Source of the DNA: Candidatus Wukongarchaeum yapensis
GTDB lineage: Archaea > Asgardarchaeota > Wukongarchaeia > Wukongarchaeales > Wukongarchaeaceae
Direction of reading: 5' to 3'
DNA: 9,423 bases
Assembly: GCA_016840425.1 (NCBI GenBank)
Contig: JAEOSI010000075.1
Coordinates: 1 to 9,423, forward strand
The translations under genes and the position numbers were made by a program. Every line of letters starts with the position of its first letter. The stretch's first letter is position 1. Below, piece after piece: positions 1 to 6,971 of this stretch. The notes below the pieces were generated by a model. That model made no database searches, had not been told where the DNA came from, and worked only from the letters and a program-made list of their open reading frames with translations.

Positions 1-5
1 TGTTT

Positions 6-995
6 TTGTCTAAGATTTCTAAGTTGTGTAAGCGTAGGAAGAGAGCTGTTTCTCCTGTTGTTGCCACAGTACTACTCATCGCTATAACTGTTGCCGCAGC
101 CGCCATGGTATTCCTCGTCGTAATGCCCATGATAAGCGGTTCACCAGAACCAGTAGTACAAAGCGTAGATTCATGGCAAGACGCTAATACTAACGGTCTT
201 TGTGATAAAGTTACTGTAACTGTCCGTAATATGGGTACTGCGGATACGAGTGTTAAAAGCGCTGATCTGTTAAAAGACAATGTAAAAGTGGATTCATGGG
301 CACTGGAAGAGGAAAAAAGTCTTGATTCTGCAAGTAAGGTAGCTATAACTCTCAGCACAGACACTGCAGCAGATGAATTAGAGGCAGGCGACACTATAAA
401 GGTCCGTGTAACTACGGATGACGACACAGCAACAAGCCTAGAGTATACCACTCCGGGTCAATTTACTGGCGATACGACCACAATGCGCTTGGTAATTAAA
501 GCATGGAGCTATCAAGACGAAGGAACAGGAGACACCCAAAAATATGATGATACTACTAAAATACAATCGCTTGACGGTGATTGGGGTCCCTCCCTAGCTG
601 GTCAAGTTACTCACCTCTACTATGCAACCGGTACGAGTGATCGATATTATGATGGTGTATTCGTACAATTCGACGGATATAATACTGGCACCTATGACCC
701 GACAATCCACATCTACATAAAAGACGGTCATTATAGCAACAGTTGGCACCACTATGACGTGTTTTTTGCCGGTACAGGTACTGATCCTGATTGGACTGTT
801 GATCAAACTCACCAGGATCAAGGGCCTTGGGCTGGTGCTACTGCCTGGGATGATGCTCAAGATGAAACTGGTTTAGAGCTTACAAAAGCTTTAGATGATT
901 CTGGTTGGTCAGGTGTTACCGCTTCAGGTGATTTTTGGCTTTTCATAAGGATCTGGGACGCTTCGGTAGACAGTATTTCGCTAACTTTAAGCTAA
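6..995 (+). CDS. Archaeal type IV pilin (Pilin_N/DUF1628-type N-terminus) with an additional C-terminal beta-rich domain; candidate major or adhesive pilin
   Basis: Basic leader and class III cleavage site KRRKRA|VSPVVATVLLIAITVAAAAMVFLVV (mature V15 at nt 48). Pilin-type strands follow (VTVTVRNMG, LEAGDTIKVRVTT), then about 170 extra residues. The window opens TG-TTT-TTG in frame, so the true start may be an xTG codon split by the window edge. Confidence 0.9.
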   Translation: MSKISKLCKRRKRAVSPVVATVLLIAITVAAAAMVFLVVMPMISGSPEPVVQSVDSWQDANTNGLCDKVTVTVRNMGTADTSVKSADLLKDNVKVDSWALEEEKSLDSASKVAITLSTDTAADELEAGDTIKVRVTTDDDTATSLEYTTPGQFTGDTTTMRLVIKAWSYQDEGTGDTQKYDDTTKIQSLDGDWGPSLAGQVTHLYYATGTSDRYYDGVFVQFDGYNTGTYDPTIHIYIKDGHYSNSWHHYDVFFAGTGTDPDWTVDQTHQDQGPWAGATAWDDAQDETGLELTKALDDSGWSGVTASGDFWLFIRIWDASVDSISLTLS

Positions 996-1001
996 GGTTT
1001 T

Positions 1002-1080
1002 AAGAAGGAGAAAGAAAATTAAATATTTTTTAGATTAAAATTTTTCTTTCTTCTTTTTCTTCCTATTTTTTCTTTCACTT
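1002..1080 (+). terminator. Terminator-like hairpin plus oligo-T tract after the pilin gene
   Basis: 1002-1018 (AAGAAGGAGAAAGAAAA) can pair with 1042-1058 (TTTTCTTTCTTCTTTTT), giving 17 bp with two G-U pairs. A T/C tract continues to 1080. It starts 6 nt after the stop codon. Archaeal terminators are typically oligo-U rich. Confidence 0.6.
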
Positions 1081-1199
1081 AAATTGGGTGTAAAAAGAAG
1101 AGAAAGGCTTAGTAATAATGTTAGTTTCGTGATTTAAGTAATTTTAATCCGTTTTTGGTCTTTAGGTGGTATATTTTATCTTTGTTTTTCTCCGTGATC

Positions 1200-1207
1200 T
1201 TTATAAC
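1200..1207 (+). promoter_or_regulatory. Possible TATA box for the downstream genes
   Basis: TTTATAAC resembles the archaeal TATA consensus and lies in the 399-nt gap before the next gene. There is no clear BRE and the region is very T-rich, so this is weak. Confidence 0.2.
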
Positions 1208-1394
1208 TTTCTTAAACGTATATTTAATCTGATAATTACTGATTGCTGGGTTTAAGTTTTTTCTTTGTTCGATTTTAGCTCAGTTTTCAGATTGAATTAC
1301 GGGTTTTTTCGCTATCCTTCAGAGTAAATACGGGTAAACGTTGTTTTATGAGGAGAGAAAGGTTGGAGTTTCTTTTAAGGAAGTGTGTGTTTTC

Positions 1395-2276
1395 ATGCTG
1401 TTGATTCGGTGTTTTAAGCCTTTTAAGAAAGGTAGACGAGGAGTTAGCCCTATTGTGGCCACTATGTTAATTTTCTCCATTATTATTATCGGAGTTGCTG
1501 CTGGAGTGGTTTTGATTTTACCCCTTGTTGATCGTATGAACGATGAATCCACCCTACGATCTATGGAAAACTATCTTCTGGATTTTGATGGAGGAGTTTT
1601 AAGTGTTAGCCGTCAAGGAGTTAATGCGAAAACAGTAATTGATGTTTATATGGATGATGGCCGCTTATTATTTTCGGATGGAGCTTCAATCAGCTTAATT
1701 ATGAGCTTGGAGGATACAGGTCTTCCTAATCAGACAATTCTAGGCACTACGAGTTTAGGTTCTCTAGATTATAGATTAGATGTTAGTCGTAATTTGCTTG
1801 GTTTGGATCCGGGAGAGTCGAGATATGTGAATGGACCTGACAGATCTGTTCCCCGTAGTTTCGTGATTGGTAGCAACCCTAAGTATCCGTTTATGTCCAA
1901 TGTGACAGAATCCAGAGACCCTGATGGTGTGGGTTACCAAGTAAGTTTAAACTATAGAGTTGGGGTTGAGGTATTTAATGATACGACTAGCGGTATTATG
2001 TATGTTACAGTTTATATGATCAGGTTGGTGGAGGCGAGAACTAGTCTTCTCTCCGCTGGCGGTGTTGTAAGGGAAAGTTATAGTTTAGTTGCTATGAACA
2101 ATGGTACAACTCAAACTACTCAAAAGTTTACCACTACGGGACTAACTCGTCTTGTGATTAGCGCGTCTATTAACGGTGTGGACGATTCTGAAGTTCCTTA
2201 TGATTTTGCCACAACTAATAGTGAGGTGGTAGTTAAAACGATTGTGACGGAAGTTTTCGCCTCTTACACTACGTAG
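1395..2276 (+). CDS. Minor pilin-like protein with class III signal peptide (resembles DUF7289-type minor pilins)
   Basis: KKGRRG|VSPIVATMLIFSIIIIGVAAGVVLILP, then a long amphipathic helix (MNDESTLRSMENYLLDFDGGVLSV) and a beta-rich body with 4 N-x-S/T sequons. ATG 1395 is preferred over TTG 1341 because GGAAGTG lies at 1379-1385 and it gives a normal-length leader. Confidence 0.8.
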   Translation: MLLIRCFKPFKKGRRGVSPIVATMLIFSIIIIGVAAGVVLILPLVDRMNDESTLRSMENYLLDFDGGVLSVSRQGVNAKTVIDVYMDDGRLLFSDGASISLIMSLEDTGLPNQTILGTTSLGSLDYRLDVSRNLLGLDPGESRYVNGPDRSVPRSFVIGSNPKYPFMSNVTESRDPDGVGYQVSLNYRVGVEVFNDTTSGIMYVTVYMIRLVEARTSLLSAGGVVRESYSLVAMNNGTTQTTQKFTTTGLTRLVISASINGVDDSEVPYDFATTNSEVVVKTIVTEVFASYTT

Positions 2277-2346
2277 CACTTCTTACATAGGATTAAGACA
2301 GGAGTTGGTTTAGTAGGATAATCTTGGTTTGGGTGACGTGATAGAT

Positions 2347-2817
2347 ATGGTGCATGTTGTAATCACATATATGTTCATGTTTTTGATTGGGCTTTCTTTG
2401 GTTGTAGCGGTTAATGAAACTTTTAGCGATTTGTCAGATAACATTAGTGAGGAGGGTTTGGAACAGGGGTTGGGAAAAATTGCTAATAGTGTTGCTGATT
2501 CTGTTTATAACGTGTATATTTTAGGGTCTCATTCTCAAGGAAGTGATGGCTCTGTTTTAGCCCAGTTTAAGATTGATTTGCCCAACTATCTTTATGGAGA
2601 AAGGATTTTTGTAAACTTTGCTTTAGTGGACGGTAATGTTGAAGTTTTAGCTTTTACCAATAAGACTATTTCCCTCAGCGTATCCGCACTCCTTACAGGT
2701 ATTAGTGTTTCCAGCATAGACTTTGAAGGAGAATTGTCTAGCGAGCTGCCAAACCACTACGTCAAGTATATAGAAAATGGATCAGTAGATATTATCAGGT
2801 TAGTGTCATCGCTTTGA
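2347..2817 (+). CDS. Minor pilin-like protein with no basic leader (resembles DUF7266-type minor pilins)
   Basis: N-terminal hydrophobic helix VHVVITYMFMFLIGLSLVVAV, a pilin-like alpha-1 continuation (EEGLEQGLGKIANSVADSVYNVY), an FKIDLPNYLYG motif and 4 sequons. ATG 2347 follows GGTGA/GTGAT at 2332-2342. The alternative start is TTG 2329. Confidence 0.7.
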   Translation: MVHVVITYMFMFLIGLSLVVAVNETFSDLSDNISEEGLEQGLGKIANSVADSVYNVYILGSHSQGSDGSVLAQFKIDLPNYLYGERIFVNFALVDGNVEVLAFTNKTISLSVSALLTGISVSSIDFEGELSSELPNHYVKYIENGSVDIIRLVSSL

Positions 2818-2887
2818 AAGGTAAAACGGTTTCGTTTAAGGTTTATAGTTTTTGCACAGTAAATCGTTAAAAATGAGGCAAAAACGG

Positions 2888-4582
2888 ATGAAAATTAAAA
2901 GAAAAAATAAGAATAAGGAAGAAGCTGCAGAAATGAAGGAAAAAGAGGAAAAAACTGGCGAACCTAGTCTTGAATCGTTATTGAGGGAAGATTTTGATGA
3001 AGAGTTTGATATGGAAGGCTTTAAAGCTTCTTTCGCCGAGGCAGGAGGAGATGTTGATCTTTCTATACCTGTTTCTGACATAGAGAAGCACCCTCTTCTT
3101 GAAGAGACTTATCCTCTAATAGATCCTTTTGCCTATTGTTTGATTCAAACAGATCCGCAGACGAAACAGACAAGATATATTGTTGTTGAGACGCCTCTTA
3201 GTTCGAAAGAAGAAGAGATCTTGAGAATGGTTAGAGAAATCATGGTTGAAGAGCTTGACATCGATTTTTCCGTCCTTAAGGATAAGAAAAAAGCTTCAGA
3301 ATACCTAAGAAAGAAGTTGATAGAAATCGTTAAGGATTATAGTATTAATGTTAGTGATGAAGGCTTTGACAAGATATTTTACTATATAACGCGAGATTTT
3401 GTGGGCATGGGTTCAATAGAACCCTTGTTAAAAGATCACATGATAGAAGATATTAGCTGTGACGGGGTAGGCATACCTATCTATATTTGGCACAGAAAAT
3501 ACGAGTCTATCCCCACTAACGTAGCGTTTAATGAAGCTGAAGAGCTTGACTCTTTAATAATTAAGATGGCTCAAAGATCCGGAAGGCACATAAGCGTGGC
3601 AAGCCCCCTCTTAGACGCTTCACTCCCTGATGGTAGTCGTATACAACTAACATTCGGGAAAGAAGTAACCCAGAGAGGAAGCACCTTTACTATAAGAAAG
3701 TTCAGGGCAGATCCGCTAACCATAAGCGATCTCCTAGCTTTTAACACGTTAGACCCTATGTTGGCTGCCTTTTTCTGGTTCACTATAGAGCACCGTATCA
3801 GCGTCCTCGTAGCAGGCGGAGTAGCTTCAGGAAAAACCACCATATTAAACTGTTTGAGCATGTTCATAAAACCTGACCTAAAAATAATCTCGATAGAAGA
3901 CACAGCCGAGCTAAACATACCCCATCAGAACTGGATTCCAAGCGTTGCTAGAACAGGGTTTGGCGGAGCAGGACAGCCCGGTGGCAGGAAGAGGGGAGAG
4001 ATCACGATGTTTGACCTGCTCAAAGCAGCTTTAAGACAGCGCCCTGACTACATAGTAGTCGGCGAAATCAGGGGTGAAGAATCTTACACCCTATTTCAGG
4101 CTTTAAGCGTTGGTCATGGCGGCTTGTCAACAATGCACTCTGATAGTGTTGAAGGTGTTATTCGCCGTCTTGAAAGCGAACCTATGAACATTCCAAGGGC
4201 CATGTTACAAGCCCTTGACTTGGTAGCTATTCAAAGAAAGGTGAGGTATAGAGGTCGCCATATTCGTAGAGCTATTGTTGTTCAGGAAATTGTTGGTACA
4301 GATCCCGTGACTAATGAGCTGATAACCAATAAGCTTTTTGCATGGAACCCTAAGGAGGATACCTTTACTTTCTTTGGGCGTAGTTACACTTTGGAAGAGA
4401 TTTCGGAAAATACTGGGATGAGTGAGAAGGATATTTGGGATGAAATTGAGAGGCGTAAAACCGTTCTCAGATGGATGGTTAAGAAAAGAATCTCAAACTA
4501 TCTCGATGTAGGGGGGCTGATAAGGGAGTATTATAGTAATCCTGAAGAGATGCATGCAAGGGCGGTTCGTGAGTTGATCTAA
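2888..4582 (+). CDS. pilB: Type IV pilus assembly ATPase (archaeal PilB; FlaI/TadA/VirB11 family)
   Basis: Walker A GGVASGKT (nt 3815-3838), Asp box ISIEDTAEL, Walker B RQRPDYIVVGEIRGEE, His box GHGGLSTMHS and the family motif EDISCDG. ATG 2888 has GAGG at 2875-2878; alternative starts are 2852 and 2873. Confidence 0.95.
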   Translation: MKIKRKNKNKEEAAEMKEKEEKTGEPSLESLLREDFDEEFDMEGFKASFAEAGGDVDLSIPVSDIEKHPLLEETYPLIDPFAYCLIQTDPQTKQTRYIVVETPLSSKEEEILRMVREIMVEELDIDFSVLKDKKKASEYLRKKLIEIVKDYSINVSDEGFDKIFYYITRDFVGMGSIEPLLKDHMIEDISCDGVGIPIYIWHRKYESIPTNVAFNEAEELDSLIIKMAQRSGRHISVASPLLDASLPDGSRIQLTFGKEVTQRGSTFTIRKFRADPLTISDLLAFNTLDPMLAAFFWFTIEHRISVLVAGGVASGKTTILNCLSMFIKPDLKIISIEDTAELNIPHQNWIPSVARTGFGGAGQPGGRKRGEITMFDLLKAALRQRPDYIVVGEIRGEESYTLFQALSVGHGGLSTMHSDSVEGVIRRLESEPMNIPRAMLQALDLVAIQRKVRYRGRHIRRAIVVQEIVGTDPVTNELITNKLFAWNPKEDTFTFFGRSYTLEEISENTGMSEKDIWDEIERRKTVLRWMVKKRISNYLDVGGLIREYYSNPEEMHARAVRELI

Positions 4583-4637
4583 AATTGTTTCCTTCCTTTA
4601 ATATCGGTTTTATATGGGTTTTCGTGAGGCGATAATT

Positions 4638-5504
4638 ATGAGTAAAACTATTCGTAGATTTGCTTATCTCCGAATTGGTAAATATTTAGAGCCCCATTTG
4701 GATAAGTTTTCTGACCTTGGTTTAGCCCTACGTAAAGCAGGACTAGACGTTTCTTTGAGGACTTATTTAAGCCTAACCATATTTTCAACAATACTTGCAG
4801 GCCTTTTAGGTTTCCTTATTCCTCTTATCTTAACTTTCCTAATTTTGGGACATTTTATGTGGTTGTTAGCCATCATTCTTTCCCCCTTATGTGCGCTAAT
4901 AACCTTTGGAGCCTTCCTTATTTACCCAAACAGTAAAGCTGGTGCAAGGAAAAGAAAGATAGAGACCGCTCTCCCGTCTACGGCAAGTTACATGGCCGCC
5001 ATGACAAGCGCCGGAGTCCCTCCTGACCGCGTGATAATGAGCCTCGCTAACGAAGAGATCGATGAAGAGATAAGGGAAGAAGCAAAAAACATAGCAAGAG
5101 ACCTCGAAATGCTTGGATACGACATTTTAAAGGCTTTAAAGGAAGCAGCTAAAAGAGCTCCTTCTGCAAAGTATTCAGCATTTCTTGAGGGAATCATCGC
5201 GACAATAGTTTCTGGAGGCGACTTGAAAGATTACATGAGTACTGAAGCTAAAAGCCTGATGCGGTTAAAAGAACAAGAAACAAGGGAATTTATAAGCCAG
5301 TTAGGTGTAGTAGCGGAGCTTTTCCTCACAGGAGCAGTGGTAGCTCCCCTCTTCTTCGTGGTTATGCTATCTGTTATGAGCGCTGTGGGTGGAGGCGGAG
5401 GCGAATCAAGCGCCGTAGGATTATACGCCATTGTTTATGGCCTAATACCCTTGATAATGGTCGCAATAGTAATAATCACGGAATCAATGACACCCCTTGA
5501 ATAA
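4638..5504 (+). CDS. pilC: Type IV pilus membrane platform protein (PilC/TadC-like, T2SSF domain), copy 1
   Basis: Two N-terminal hydrophobic helices, a T2SSF-like segment (RKRKIETALPSTASYMAAMTSAGVP ... GYDILKALKEAAKRAPS) and two C-terminal hydrophobic helices. It directly follows the ATPase. ATG 4638 has GAGGCGAT just upstream; the ORF track start is 4614. Confidence 0.88.
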   Translation: MSKTIRRFAYLRIGKYLEPHLDKFSDLGLALRKAGLDVSLRTYLSLTIFSTILAGLLGFLIPLILTFLILGHFMWLLAIILSPLCALITFGAFLIYPNSKAGARKRKIETALPSTASYMAAMTSAGVPPDRVIMSLANEEIDEEIREEAKNIARDLEMLGYDILKALKEAAKRAPSAKYSAFLEGIIATIVSGGDLKDYMSTEAKSLMRLKEQETREFISQLGVVAELFLTGAVVAPLFFVVMLSVMSAVGGGGGESSAVGLYAIVYGLIPLIMVAIVIITESMTPLE

Positions 5505-5530
5505 GTTGATTAGAACGGAGTTGGTTTAAT

Positions 5531-6403
5531 ATGCCAAAAGTTTCTAAGAAAAAAATCCAGTGGACTTGGATAATTTCAGGAGTTATAGCCTTAATATTTT
5601 TCACTTTAAACCTCATAGCTTACGCTAGTTCCAGAGACGCTGATGATTCAATAATTCCAGGTCTCGGTCTTCAAGACGCCTATATACTAACGATAATAAT
5701 CTTTCTTTTCCCCCCAACCATCGTACAAACTATTGACGCTCGATGGCGTAGTAAAATAGACGAAAACCTGCCTAACCTACTACGAGATGTCTCTGATGCC
5801 CAAAAAACAGGGTTAACTCTCCCAAAAGCGATCTCTGAAAGCTCGAAAAGAAACTATGGACCCTTGACTGACGAGCTGAAAAAAATGAGTAGCAAGATAT
5901 CATGGGGAGTGCCCTTTGATAAAGCAATGATTGCTTTTGCCGAAAGCTGTGACACATCCCTTGTAAAACGTGCTGCTTTATTGATTTTAGAAGCGGAGAA
6001 AAGCGGGGGTTTAATCGAAGATATTTTTGACGCTAGCTACGAACATGTGAACAAGATCTTAGACCTACGCAGGGAAAGACTAGGCCAAATGAAACCCTAT
6101 ACTTGGATCATCTATGCTTCCTACTTTGTTTTCCTAATTGTTGCCATTGTCCTGCTTCAAACTTTCTTTCAAGAACTTGGAGGCGCCACTACAGGCGAAG
6201 GCGGTCTTATACGTAACGTAGATGCCGACAAATATGAATGGGCCTTTCTTGATATGCTCATGATTGAAGCCATTTTCGCAGGACTTGTTGCAGGGAAAAT
6301 GGGCGAAGGATCACTAGTAAGAGGGTTGAAACACAGCGTTATACTGATTACTACAGGCTGGATCCTTTTCAGGATACTTATGGGCATAGAATTAGTAGGT
6401 TAA
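5531..6403 (+). CDS. pilC: Type IV pilus membrane platform protein (PilC/TadC-like, T2SSF domain), copy 2
   Basis: Typical T2SSF segment KIDENLPNLLRDVSDAQKTGLTLPKAI ... YGPLTDEL ... ISWGVPFDKAM, C-terminal IFAGLVAGKMGEGSLVRGLKHS and several TM helices. GGAG lies at 5517-5520. Confidence 0.9.
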   Translation: MPKVSKKKIQWTWIISGVIALIFFTLNLIAYASSRDADDSIIPGLGLQDAYILTIIIFLFPPTIVQTIDARWRSKIDENLPNLLRDVSDAQKTGLTLPKAISESSKRNYGPLTDELKKMSSKISWGVPFDKAMIAFAESCDTSLVKRAALLILEAEKSGGLIEDIFDASYEHVNKILDLRRERLGQMKPYTWIIYASYFVFLIVAIVLLQTFFQELGGATTGEGGLIRNVDADKYEWAFLDMLMIEAIFAGLVAGKMGEGSLVRGLKHSVILITTGWILFRILMGIELVG

Positions 6404-6478
6404 TCATTTAATCTAATTACTCAATAACCATCAATCGATTCATTTTTATCTAGTTTGAATGTTTATTGGAAACTTTTA

Positions 6479-6484
6479 GGAGGT
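6479..6484 (+). promoter_or_regulatory. Shine-Dalgarno site of the coiled-coil gene
   Basis: GGAGGT lies 7 nt upstream of ATG 6492. Confidence 0.75.
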
Positions 6485-6491
6485 CTTTAAT

Positions 6492-6926
6492 ATGGGTAAA
6501 ACAGAGGAGATGTTAGAACAAATTTTAGAAAAAATTGACGAGATGGCAGGCTCGATACAAAAGTTTGGCTTTGTATTAGTTCAAATAGCAAGCAAACTTG
6601 ATGAAGTGGCCAAGGGAGGAGGTTTCGGCGTTAAGACTTCTGTTCAAACGGTTGATGTAGATCTAAGCCCTATCGAGGAGCGTCTTGAAGAGATCGCTAA
6701 AGAGACTGTTAAAAAACAAGATTTTGAAGAGTTGCGAAGCGAAGTTGATAAACTGGTAGGTGGAAAGGTTAAGGAGGCAGAAGAAACCGTTAAAAAAGCA
6801 ACCTCCCTTCTAGAACGAGGCCTTGAACTTGTAGACCTTGAATCAAGCCTATTTGACGTTAAAACCTACCTAGAAGAAATGATTTTGGAAAAAAAGGCTT
6901 TAGAAGAAATTGAAGAAAAAGAATGA
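6492..6926 (+). CDS. Hypothetical acidic cytoplasmic coiled-coil protein
   Basis: 144 aa with a strong SD, Glu/Lys-rich, with no signal peptide or TM segment. Continuous heptad pattern L8/I11/I15/M18/I22/F25/L29/I32/L36/V39. Confidence 0.8.
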   Translation: MGKTEEMLEQILEKIDEMAGSIQKFGFVLVQIASKLDEVAKGGGFGVKTSVQTVDVDLSPIEERLEEIAKETVKKQDFEELRSEVDKLVGGKVKEAEETVKKATSLLERGLELVDLESSLFDVKTYLEEMILEKKALEEIEEKE

Positions 6927-6933
6927 CGACTCT

Positions 6934-6941
6934 TTTAAATA
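6934..6941 (+). promoter_or_regulatory. Possible internal TATA box for the distal minor-pilin genes
   Basis: TTTAAATA matches the archaeal TATA consensus about 30 nt upstream of TTG 6972. No convincing BRE, and the context is AT-rich. Confidence 0.25.
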
Positions 6942-6960
6942 AAACACTTAACAAAAAGAC

Positions 6961-6968
6961 GAGGTGAT
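6961..6968 (+). promoter_or_regulatory. Shine-Dalgarno site supporting TTG start at 6972
   Basis: GAGGTGAT followed by TAT and TTG, a typical archaeal GGTGA-N4-start spacing. Confidence 0.75.
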
Positions 6969-6971
6969 TAT

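Noticed and set aside
996-1394. tRNA, CRISPR array, structured ncRNA or IS end in the long intergenic gap
   Set aside because: There is no cloverleaf, spaced repeat or terminal inverted repeat. The DNA is low-complexity and T-rich apart from the terminator-like hairpin.
2277-2346. Frameshifted basic leader for the 2347 gene
   Set aside because: All three frames upstream contain stops, and none encodes a K/R-rich K/R-[G/A] leader.
2888-4582. Interpretation as a conjugative VirB11/T4SS or Ced DNA-transfer ATPase
   Set aside because: The flanking PilC-like genes and class III pilins point to T4P. No VirB4/HerA, relaxase or coupling protein is present.
4511-5715. Homopolymers G6 (4511-4516) and C6 (5710-5715) as phase-variation switches
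   Set aside because: They are too short and both frames are intact.
6-6403. Interpretation as an archaellum (arl/fla) operon
   Set aside because: There are no ArlH, ArlF or ArlG-like genes. The pilin begins VSPVVA rather than with the archaellin-type N-terminus, and the platform is split into two single-domain genes instead of one ArlJ.
6492-6926. Assigning the coiled-coil protein to ArlC/D/E, ESCRT-III/Cdv or another named family
   Set aside because: Only generic heptad and charge patterns are visible, with no family-specific motif I can recognise.
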